From contig NW_021833740.1 of assembly GCF_006345805.1 (NCBI RefSeq), positions 6,133 through 70,132 on the forward strand: 64,000 bases of DNA. Reading direction: 5' to 3'. Position 1 is the first letter of the stretch. Every line of letters starts with the position of its first letter. A program made the translations under genes and the position numbers. Under the pieces are notes generated by a model. It made no database searches. It was not told the origin of the DNA and saw only the letters and a list, made by a program, of their open reading frames with translations. This document shows positions 11,298 to 23,150 of this stretch, piece by piece. This stretch comes from Octopus sinensis. Its lineage: Eukaryota.

Positions 11298-12010
11298 TTC
11301 TTCTGTCTGACAGACCGAAAACGGCCGCCAAAACAGAAAAAGTGTAACGCGCAGAACGAGCGAAACGCAAAACCGCATCAACGCCGTTCAGAATTTCCAC
11401 AACAACAACAACGCTTTTTCTTCTTTTTTACCGAATTTTCAGCAGCCGAAAAAAACACAACCGACCAAATGGGTAGGATTTGGTGATTCTTTATTACCCA
11501 CTAGGGGCGACACAGAGGGGGACACCAAAAGACATGGGGACATAGAACATTATAATTAAAATTTATGAAAAATGAATTGTTAAGTGAAAGAAAATGATAG
11601 TATGAAAGCGATACCAACGGCCCCAAATGGGTAGGATTTTGATTAAAAATGTAATGTCGAGTATTTATTGACCTATTTCTTTCCTTTAAAAATCGGCATG
11701 AACTTCCCGGACAACCCAAATTTGAGCATTACATGCAAATCATCTTTGCAGCTTGGTTAGCAAGAAATTGCAGAACAGTCCTCCATGAATTTTCCCGATA
11801 GAGACCACCGTTACCGTATAATTACTGGCGGAGAGTGACAAAGTGTCCAGACGGAAATATTTTGATGCGTTATTTAAATAGTCAACGTGTTTGAAGGAAC
11901 GTACATTGAAGACGATCAATTCACGCATGCGTAAACGTGGTCAGCATTGTTTTCCCTTTTTCCCTTTTTATTTTTCGGATGGTCTTATAAATAAAACTAG
12001 CGTTGTTGTT

Positions 12011-12426
12011 TACTCTTTTTACTCTCTTTTACTTGTTTCAGTCATTTGACTGCGGCCATGCTGGAGCACCGCCTTTAGTCGAGCAAATCGACCCCGGGAT
12101 TGACTTATTCTTTGTAAGCCCAGCACTTATTCTATCGGTCTCTTTTGCCGAACCGCTAAGTGACGAGGACGTAAACACACCAGCATCGGTTGTCAAGCAA
12201 TGCTAGAGGGACAAACACAGAACACAAACACACACACACATATACATATATATACATATATACGACAGGCTTCTTTCAGTTTCCGTCTACCAAATTCATT
12301 CACAAGGCTTTGGTCGGCCCAAGGCTATAGCAGAAGACACTCGCCCAAGATGCCACGCAGTGGGACTGAACCCGGAACCATGTGGTTGGTTAGCAAGCTA
12401 CTTACCACACAGCCACTCCTGCGCCT
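12011..12426 (-). mobile_element. SINE family S1 (tRNA-like head, central microsatellite, CR1-like tail), representative copy
   Basis: Other copies, approximate: 3930-4210(-), 16859-17264(+), 18554-18968(+), 21005-21630(-, split), 36995-37133(-), 38540-38795(+), 54215-54580(-), 55140-55390(-), 55745-56105(+), 56160-56410(-), 57540-57945(-), 58175-58570(-), 60140-60525(-), 60550-60965(-), 61200-61598(-). Confidence 0.88.
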
Positions 12427-12482
12427 ATTTAGTTTATTTAGTTATTTATTTATTTATTTGACTCAGGAATACTTGTTTACGT

Positions 12483-12790
12483 GAAGGCGCGTGGCTTAGT
12501 GGTAGGGGAATTCGGCCCATGATCGTAAGGTCGTGAGTTCAATTCCCGGCGGCACGTTGTGTCCTTGAGCAAGACACTTTATTTCACGTTGCTTATGTCT
12601 ACTCAGCTGGCAAAAATTGAGTAGTACCTGTATTTCAAAGGGCCAGCCTTGTCACACTCTTTGTCACGCTGAATCTCCCCGAGAACTACGTTAAGGGTAC
12701 ACGTGTCTGTGGAGTGCTCAGCCACTTACACGCTAATTTCACGAGCAGGCTGTTCCGTTGATTCGGATCAACCGGAACCCTCGTCGTCGT
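12483..12790 (+). mobile_element. tRNA-headed SINE with TGTGTCCTTGAGCAAGACAC core (S4)
   Basis: A/B-box-like head; tail shared with the S2 copies at 17630 and 28074. A related head with another tail is at 19905-20237. Confidence 0.75.
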
Positions 12791-13417
12791 AACCGACGGA
12801 GTGCTTCCCCATACTATTACCGCTATGTTCTCGATTTTATTATTACCGCACTAACGGTTCATTCAGAGGGTTATACGTAGAGTTCTACACCAGGTTATTA
12901 GTATCACCTACAAACTGTGGAGTGCTCAACCACTTGCACGTTAATTACACGAGCAAGCTGTTCCGTTGATCGTATCAGCGGGGATCCTCGTCGACGAAAC
13001 CGACGGAGTGCTCTTACCTACTTGTTCACTACAGGTCTATCTATTTACTTTTACTCCGCAGTCCTCGAACGCATAAATAATCAAGCAAATAATATATCGA
13101 ATTATTTAAAGAGTAGAGTGACCGTATACCAAAAAAAAAACACGCGACAGGCAGTAAAGGAACGCACGAAATAAAATCTAGCAGTGTCTTCTTAATAACA
13201 GTAACTCGTATGGGAAGATGATACTGTAAGAAGTTATTAGTGTGTTTGTGCTGTGTATGGTGAAATAAATCACGGATATAATTTCCCCCTCGATCTAATG
13301 CACACTTGCAATTGAGAACCCATAATAATTGTGATGATGTTGAATAACATTTCTGTAGAGTAAAAGAGATTCAATTACAACCACGTGAATCCGCATTTCA
13401 TCTCACACACACACACA

Positions 13418-13477
<60 letters not shown>

Positions 13478-13633
13478 CTTTATTTTAAGCAGCAGAAAAT
13501 TCAACAAAATCTGTTAGTCTGAGTTTCTCGTTGCCGTTCATCAGACAGTTTTTGCTAGAATGGAACCGATATATCAATTCCTACCACTGAGTACTCTTTT
13601 TTCCACCTTGTTTCACATTTATGTGTTTACTCC

Positions 13634-13678
<45 letters not shown>

Positions 13679-13755
13679 ATGTGTGTGTTTGTGTGTGTGT
13701 GTGTGTACAGAAACAGAGAGATATGTAGATAAATAGATAGATACATAGATATATC

Positions 13756-13793
<38 letters not shown>

Positions 13794-13824
13794 CAGACAG
13801 GCAGACAGTTAGATAGATAGATAA

Positions 13825-13909
<85 letters not shown>

Positions 13910-14394
13910 CATTGGTATACCTATTGCAATTGAATATTTAATCTCTATGAATTCCCACTTACAGGCAATTGAACAACAAACCGCTATATGATACGTCCCT
14001 TGTAGCATAACCCTTACAACTATGGCGACCAGTTACATCCAACTCTTTAACAAGTGGGTGCGAAATGATCTCATAAACAAATCTACCATTCCTGCAAGAC
14101 AGCTGGTGCTTCGCCGTTCACATCATAAATGCGTGCAAATGATGTATGCGTCCATATATAATTTACAAATTGACTAACTATAAGCTGTCAGCCATTCATT
14201 GTTCTACCACACTATTAGCCGACATATTGTGCTCCGATAATCTATAATTAAAAGTGAAAATTTAATACCAAAAAATAAATTATTGGATAAACATGGTGGT
14301 CCTTGATTTTTAATCTTTATCACATACTTATTATCGATCTGTCACGTTGCTCATGACTTCTTTTTTCCGACACTTTCAACTCTTTGAAACGTCT

Positions 14395-14639
14395 TATCAT
14401 CATCATCATCATCATCATCATCATGGACGTCGTCGTCGCCATCATTATTGTTGTTATTATTTTCAACGTCATTCTTCTTCTTCTTCTTCTTCTTCTTCTT
14501 CTTCTTCTTCTTCTTCTTCTTCTTCTTCTTCTTCTTTTTCTTCTCCTCCTCCTTCTTCTTCTTCGTCTTCTTTTTCTTCTCCTCCTTCTTCTTCTTCTTC
14601 TAATTGTTATTATTATTATCATTATTATTATTATTGGTG

Positions 14640-14674
<35 letters not shown>

Positions 14675-14678
14675 GGTG

Positions 14679-14722
<44 letters not shown>

Positions 14723-14982
14723 TGTGTTGTTATTATTATTATTAATATTATTATTATTGGTGTTGTTATTATTATTATTATTGGTGTTATTATTACTATT
14801 ATTATTATTATTATTATTATTATTGTTGTTGTTGTTGTTGTTGTTTTTGTTGTTACGTCATTATTGATTCATCTCACATACAACAAAAAATCCTATATAA
14901 ATTCCCCACGATGCTATGTTCACTGTCTTGTCGATATAATTTATTTTTATTATTATTACTGTTGTTGTTATTGTTGTCTTCT

Positions 14983-15021
<39 letters not shown>

Positions 15022-15050
15022 TTGTTGTTGCTGTTGTTGCTGTTGTTATT
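14395..15050. repeat. Compound trinucleotide microsatellite (CAT/CTT/ATT/GTT/GCT)
   Basis: Direct inspection. Confidence 0.95.
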
Positions 15051-15605
15051 GAGGTAGATATTGCAATCGATACTAGTGTTCGCTTTGATTTTCATATATT
15101 GCCGTTGTGTAATAGATTTAAAATAACGCAGAGCAAATTTAAAAAGAAAATAAATAAATAAAAATAAATAAATAAATCTATTTTCAATTTGTTCTCAGAA
15201 ATACTATTAAGAGGTACGATGACTTATAGTTTTACAATGAATATAAAATCCACATCCGGCTTGCATACATACATACAGACAGACAGACATATATACACAC
15301 GTATCCGTATATATGAGAGAATGTATACATATTTACATACATTCCTATTTATTCGCATATAAGGAACACTCAATGTATTAGGATGTAAAGATGTATGTGT
15401 CGATTTTGGCCCCGAAGAGATTTCTGCTTTCGGAACTCATAATGCAATTAGTAATTATATAATGAGTGAAGGTGGATATTGAAACGATCGTAGGTATTAC
15501 GTAATTGACAGCTATATAAATAAATTGATTTTGCTGTATTCAAACTCTTCATTTCCAAGTTCCTATTCAGAGTTCGATTCCAGGAGTGGACCTGAAAAAT
15601 AATAC

Positions 15606-15654
<49 letters not shown>

Positions 15655-15751
15655 CGTTTAATAATAATAATAATATAATAATAAAAATAATAAAATTAAT
15701 ATCATAGAAAAATATCTTAGGAATGATTATCCAGGTTCGGAATTTCGCCAA

Positions 15752-15797
15752 GACACCTGATGAAGGCTGGAGGGTATATCAGCCGAAATGTTGTGTT
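15752..15797 (+). ncRNA. Degenerate hammerhead motif (family E)
   Basis: GACAC-CTGATGA-aGGCTG(10 nt)CAGCC-GAAA-TG-TT|GTGTT; the stem III C is T here. Confidence 0.55.
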
Positions 15798-15864
15798 AAC
15801 CAGAAACAAGATGAGGACAAATAACCGTTAAATGTAAAGAATGTAAATGATGTAAATAATGTGC

Positions 15865-15924
<60 letters not shown>

Positions 15925-18900
15925 GCGTACACACACATTGACTCATCCATGCATACATACATACATTTGTTGGTGTAAATATGTAAAAGTGATATTGTGC
16001 TCAGGAAATTATTGTTTTCGCCCTAGGACATAAGTATTGCATTTATATGGTCAGATAAGGTTCGTAAACCTATCCCGGACTTGTGCCCTAACTTTTTAGC
16101 TGCAATCCTATGGTCATTCATGACCGAAGGGTGTTTTTATCCTTTACCCTATGTACCAATAATGGTGTGGAGAGGAGAGGTTAGTATGCATGCGCTACTG
16201 CTGGTGTTCTGTACACAACTTTCCTTGGACTTGCACTTACCATGTGATTGGTAAACAAGCTACTTACCACACAGCCAATTCTCATGGCAATTCATGAGGG
16301 GTTTTTACCGTTTTACCCTTTAAATTTAAAAATCGATGGTTGAGCTAATTGTCATGTGTCTTCTTTGTGTGTGATGCCAGTCATTTAATGTATAACTGAA
16401 CCAGCGCGAAAACGCTGCATGAATTTGTTTCCCAAACTGTAATTTTTATACGATTCAATATATTTGTAAACAAGGTCAAATCGCCCTCGAAATAGTAAAC
16501 TTCTTCAATATTAAACCTACCATAGAAACGTTCTAACAGTTGCGTAAATAATATATTATTAAGAATGTCGTTTATGTTCGTTTAATTAAAAAACATTTAA
16601 AGAGAATTCTCTATCTCATAACAAAGTTCTGACAAAGTGACACAACATATCTGCGGCTAGAATGAAGAATCCTCTGGCTTCAAGTGCGAAAAATCCATGA
16701 ATTGGTACAACCCGTCATACATATGAAAATATTCCTTTCCATCCTTACGTAAATAATATGCAATTTTAAAACCACATCTTTATCAAAACATTTCTTTTTT
16801 TTTCATCATTAGCAATATTCACCACTTACCGTCATCTCTGATCAGATTAAATTATTTTAGGAGTGGCTCTGTGGTAAGTAGCTTGCTTACCAACCACATC
16901 GTTCCGGGTTCAGTCCCACTGCATGGCACCCACCTTGGGCAAGTGTCTTTTACTATAGCCTCGGGCCGACCAAAGCCTTATGAGTGGATTTGGTAGACGG
17001 AAACTAAAAGAAGCCCGTTTTATATATGTATATATATATATATGTGTGTGTGTGCGTGTATGTTTGTGTGTCTTTGTTTGTCCCCCTAGCATTGCTTGAC
17101 AACCGATGCTGGTGTGTTTATGTCCCCGTCACTTAGCGGTTCGGCAAAAGAGACCGATAGAATAAGTACTAGGCTTACAAAGAATAAGTCCTGGGGTCGA
17201 GTTGCTCGACTAAAGGCGGTGCTCCAGCATGGCCGCAGTCAAATGACTGAAACAAGTAAAAGAGTGTAATTGATTTATTAAAAAATGTAACCGTTTTCTC
17301 TTCCTCGCAAAGGACACTTAGAGTTTGGCACTGAAATTAGATTAATCTGCTTAAGCTAATTTGTCTTGAGACAAGTAGCTATTCAATTTTTTTGATGAGG
17401 TGTAAGAAAGCCAGAAACTAGTCATGGAATGCGCTTGTCTGTGCCTGGGAAGGATGTGAGAACCGTGGTGTAAACATTTTGTTGTTATTCACACTGAAAT
17501 GAAAATTTCAATAGAGAAACGGAAAAAGATAATTCTCATTTCTATAAGAATGTAAACAAAAAACTCTTCCACATTATACGGTATCAACAATTTTAATATC
17601 TTCTTTACGATCAGTATGCGTCATTCTGGATGTTGGAAGCACTTCGTCGGTTACGACGATGAGGGTTCCGGTTGATCCGAATCAACGGAACAGCCAGCTC
17701 GTGAAATTAACGTGTAAGTGGCTGAGCACTCCACCGACACGTGTACCCTTAGCGTAGTTCTCGGGGATATTCAGCGTGACACGGAGAGTGACAAGGCCGG
17801 CCCTTTGAAATACAGGTACAACAGAAACAGGAAGTAAGAGTGAAAGAAAGTTCAGCAGGGATCACCACCATCCCCTGTCGGAGCCTCGTGGAGCTTTAGG
17901 TGTTTTCGCTCAATAAACACTCACAAAGCCCGGTCTGGGAATCGAAACCGCGATCCTATGACTGCGAGTCCGCTGCCCTAACTACTGAGCCATTGCGCCT
18001 CCACGCGTCATTCTACAGGATTATCTTATCGTGTTAATATATCTGTTTTAGTGACGAAGGGAAAGAAACGAGAGCTATGCCTTCAGAAAAAGATTCTCGC
18101 AACATATGTATGCATTTGGAAACTTAAAAGAAGACAGCTCATTATTTCATTATCCAAAGGCAACTGAACTTCAAAGTACGACAATATTGAAAATTACAAG
18201 ATTACATTTGCCCCTACATTGTGTGTAGAACATCGTCGGAGAATTATGGAATGTGTCTAACCTATAAGAAAACATAATTAGTTTGAGATTGCCATACACT
18301 TCGAAAATGTTTATATATTTCGCAAAATTTTCATTTTTCAACGATAAAAAAGACATGAAAAGGTTTTGATTCAAAAATGCGTGTTTTTTTTCTTCTTTTT
18401 TTTTCTTTTTTTTTTGCTTCATACATGGTTCAGAGGAAATGAAAATATCACGTGATGTCGTCCAAGAACAAATGCAAATACCTGATCATATCATAGTTAA
18501 GAACAGAGAAATATATAACACATGTTCTATTTTTTGTTTTTTCATAATTATATGAAGGCGTAGGAGTAGCTGTGTGGTAAGTAGCTTGCTTACCAGCCAC
18601 ATGGTTCCGGGTTCAGTCACACTGCGTGGCACCTTGGGCAAGTGTCTTCTACTATAACCACGGGCCGATCAAATCCTTGTAATGGATATGGTAGACGGAA
18701 ACTGAAAGAAGCCCCTCGTATGTGTGTATATATATATGTGTGTGTGTGTGCGCGCGTGTGTGTCTGTGTTCGTTCCCCACAACATCGCTTGACAATCGTT
18801 GCTGGTGTGTTTACGTTCCCGTAACTTATTTCGGCAAAAGGGACCAATAGAATAAGTACTAGGCTTACAAAGTATAAGTCCTGGGGTCGATTTGCTCGAC

Positions 18901-20252
18901 TAAAGGCGGTGCTCCAGCATGGCCGCAGTCAAATGACTGAAACAAGTAAAAGAGTAAAAAGAGAGAGTAAGTATATATTAGACAAAATGAGATGACAAAG
19001 ACAAGGCCTCGTCTAATATATATATATATATATATATGCATGCTAATACAATGCATCTATGCACTGAAAACCACAAGCATATTCGTTCGTGTTACTTGCT
19101 ACTTTCATTCACATTTCGTTATTCTTCGTTTTTTTTTACAGCCATTTGAGCAAAAGGAAATGTGAATCACGTAGTTAAAATGTGATGTGTCGCTTGTCAT
19201 TTCACATGTGAGTGTGTGTCTTTGTTTGTGTATGTGTGTGCGTGCGTGTTTATGTCTGTGTGTTTGCGTGTGGCTCTTTGTATGAACATATGTAGATGAT
19301 GAATTACATGTAGATTGACTACTTTTGTCAAGCAATCTTGCGGATTTCATTGATATTCTTTCAATTTTAGAAAACATTCGAACTGCGTCAATATAATACT
19401 TTACTCTAAATTCAACAACATTATACCAAACATAGAAATTAATTCTTTTTATCTCGGAGAGTTGGCAGAATGGTTAGCACTCCGGACAAAATGCTTAGGA
19501 GTGTTCGTTCCGTCTTTACATCTGAGTTCAAATTTCCTCGAGGTCAACTTTGACTTTTATCCTTTCAAGCCGGATTAAATAACTACCTGTGGTCGAAGTA
19601 AACTGTGGTCGAAGTAAACAACTCAAAACCCCCATCCGCCTCGAAATAGCAGGCATTGTGCCAAAATTTGAACCCGATATTAGATCCGGTTTTGAAAGGT
19701 TTGAGTAAATGAGCTCATCTCAAATCAAGGAAGTGAATGGGATTTAGTTAGACTGCTGAGCATTTATATTTAAACTACGATTCATCATCAATTTCATTCA
19801 CTGCAAAAATTTAAGTAGAAAATTAACGTGGCTGTGTGGTAAGAAGATTTCTTACCTACCACATTGTTCCGGGTTCAGTCCCACCACGTGTATATATACA
19901 GTGAAGACGAGTGGCTCAGTGGTTAGAGTGTCGAGCTTACGATCGTGAGGTTGTGAGCTCGAGTCCCGGACCGGGCTGCATGTTGTGTTCTTGAGCAAGA
20001 CAATTTATTTCACGTTGCTCCAGTTCACTCAGCTGTAGAAATGAGTTGCGACGTCACAGGTGCCAAGCTGTATCGGCCCCTTTGCCTTTCCCTTGGACAA
20101 CATCGGTGACGTGGAGAGGGGAGGCTGGTATGCATGGGCGACTGCTGGTCTTCCATAAAACAACCTTGCCCAGACTTGTGCCTCAGAGGGTAACTCTCTA
20201 GGTGCAAACCCATGGTCAGTGTCTGACCGAAGGCGGTCATCATCATATATAT

Positions 20253-20305
<53 letters not shown>

Positions 20306-20306
20306 A

Positions 20307-20384
<78 letters not shown>

Positions 20385-20452
20385 ATATATATGTATGCAT
20401 ATATATATAACTTTCTTGGAGTATATATACATATATATACACATACATACAG

Positions 20453-20497
<45 letters not shown>

Positions 20498-20924
20498 CAA
20501 AATGAGAAAATGGAGAAACATACCTAAATCAATCATCAACCATCAGATAATACCCAATCAATACTTTATTAAACCATTACACAACAGCAATGACATTATA
20601 CATAATATATTGCAAATATAACTATACATAAATATATATTTATATATATGCATGTATATGTATATATATATATATATATACACATTATAAACATATATTA
20701 TTTTTGTAATTTACTTAATCTTTACTTTTTAATTGTTATTTTAATTTTAACTTTTCTATTATATGTAATTTTCTAGATGGTATAATTTAATTATTCATTT
20801 TGAATTGATAAAAGATGGTTTTTTTCTAATATTTTATATATATATTATATTGAGTGGAATTTAATTTAGTTTTTCTAAATTGAATTCTTTTTCCTTGTAA
20901 GTTTGGATTTTATTCCTTCAAATA

Positions 20925-20955
<31 letters not shown>

Positions 20956-21239
20956 CATATATATGCGTGTGTGTATGTTTGTGTGTCAGTGTATATAGCT
21001 TTTGTATTTTATCTTTTACTTGTTTCAGTCATTAGACAGCGGCCAAGCTGGAGCACCATCTTGAAGAATTTATAGTCGAATGTATCGACTCCAGGACTTT
21101 TTGGGTTGAAGCCCGTTACTTATTTTATCGATCGCTTTGCCGAACCGCTATGATACGGGGGACATAAATACACCAACATCGTTTGTCAAGCCTTGGAACG
21201 GGAAGACAAACACGGACACACATATGTAGATATATACGA

Positions 21240-21471
21240 GAGGCGGCGAGCTGGCAGAAGCGTTAGCGCGCTGGGCGAAATGCTTAGCGGTATTTCGTCT
21301 TTCGTTACGTTCTGAGTTCAAATTCCGCCGAGGTCGACTTTGCCTTTCATCCTTTCGGGGTCGATAAATTAAGTACCAATTACGCACTGGGGTTGATGTA
21401 ATCAACTTAATCCCTTTGTCTGTCCTTGTTTGTCCCCTCTATGTTTAGCCCCGTGTGGGCAGTAAAGAAAT
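21240..21471 (+). mobile_element. SINE family S3 (core GCCTTTCATCCTTTCGGGGTCGATAAA, recalled as Meta-type), representative copy nested in an S1
   Basis: 10-bp TSD ATATATACGA. Other copies, approximate: 19455-19620, 27548-27958, 30095-30265, 42655-42840, 47200-47410, 47445-47660, 50995-51170, 56685-56915, 59085-59210, 61715-61915. Confidence 0.82.
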
Positions 21472-22299
21472 ATATATACGACAGGCTTCTTTCAGTTTCC
21501 ATCTACCAAATCCATTCACAAGGCTTTGGTCGGCCCGAAGCTATAGTAGAAGACACTTGCCCAAGGTGCCACGCAGTGCGACTGAAATCGGAACCATGTG
21601 GTTCGTAAGCAAGCTACTTACCACATAGCCGTACACCAACATATAATCGTGCAGTTACTCTCCCAATCAGAAACCTCAGAAACTGTTTTGACTGGGAAAA
21701 TCTTGTTAAGTTTCAGGGGATTGACTTGAATTTTGCAAAGAACTAAACCTGCATACAACTCCAGACACACCTACATAATACAGAAAGCCAAACGTAAATA
21801 CACACATGCAATTAGAGAACATTACAAGCTGTAAATAACGAACATAAGACGAACATAAGACGGAACTGGCAGCTGTTACATAATTTAGCATTACTCAAAT
21901 CGGTGTATATAAACACCAACACACTCCAGCCTGTTGCCCAAGCCATTGTGTTTGTATAGCAATGTGCGTGTGCACGCATGCGATATATCTACGTGGGAAT
22001 ACTTATATAAGTGTTTCGTGTGAACGTGTGTGAGTTTCCGTGCGTGTTTATTTGGTTGTATGTCTGTCTTTTTCCTGCCTTTTTTTATGTTTACATATCC
22101 GCTCACGCAACTCTTGTTTGTATTATGACCTTTTATGCCCATTAACTGGAGATTAGAAACAATGGAACGAGAGAAATAATGATCAGTATTGAATGCTGGA
22201 AATACATGCAGCGAGGTCGCCTGAATCCACGAGCGCTGTGTGGCACAGCGTGACAGCGGCATAATGACAAACGTCCAATTACTGAGTCTAGTAAAAGTG

Positions 22300-22353
<54 letters not shown>

Positions 22354-22624
22354 TATTATATTATATATATATATATATAATATATATATATATATTATAT
22401 ATATATATATGTGTATATATAGACAGAAGAGAGAGAGAGATACATACATATATATATGTATATAATATAAATAGTATATAATTAATAATGTAATATATAT
22501 AGTTAATGATATATATATATATATATTATTAATTGTACGTTATTTATAATATATGTGTGTGTATATATATATGCATATGTAATTGTATATATGCATATAA
22601 CATATATGTATATGTATTTATATA

Positions 22625-22669
<45 letters not shown>

Positions 22670-23150
22670 ATATATAGGTATGTATTTTTTATGTATGTGT
22701 CATTGTTCAGTTTTATGATTGTATGTGTGTATGTGTGTATGTGTGTATGTATCTATGTATGCATGCATGTATGTATGTATGTATGTATATATGTATGCAT
22801 GTATGCATGTATGTATGTATGTACGTATGTGTGTATATTTGTATGTATGTATGTATGTATGCATATGCATGGACGTATGTATTCATTCACCAATGGCATT
22901 ATCTTTTTTTTTGTCGTGGTTTTACGAAATATATTCACACATACACCAACATATAGATTGTTTGTTATCAGCTAAAAGTCTTGCCGCGTTTTTTGAAGTA
23001 ATGAAAACTCGAGAGACGCTAGAAATAAGGTATTATGTTTTGATTGGATAATGTAAATATGCTTCTTTTAAGTTCCACACATCGTATGTTCGTTGCTGTC
23101 CCTTCATTAATGATGTAAATACGTGGATATGCACGTATATATATATATGT

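Larger units (their letters stand above)
6061..11639 (-). mobile_element. Head-to-tail array of an ORF1-only non-LTR (Tx1/L1-like) element: three ~1.75-kb copies plus two 3'UTR-only minicopies
   Basis: Near-identical units at 6061-7817, 7818-9576 and 9733-11481; minicopies at 9577-9732 and 11482-11639. Each starts with AAATCCTACCCATTTG (minus strand) and ends AATAAAGAATC. No RT or endonuclease ORF. Confidence 0.85.

Noticed and set aside
7802-11639. Recurring 16-mer, or the 14-bp array at 62917, as CRISPR-like repeats
   Set aside because: Eukaryotic context, no unique similar-length spacers and no cas genes.
11740-11928. 62-aa minus-strand ORF with an FN3-like YTVTVVS
   Set aside because: No acceptor or donor support, too short, and the motif is too weak.
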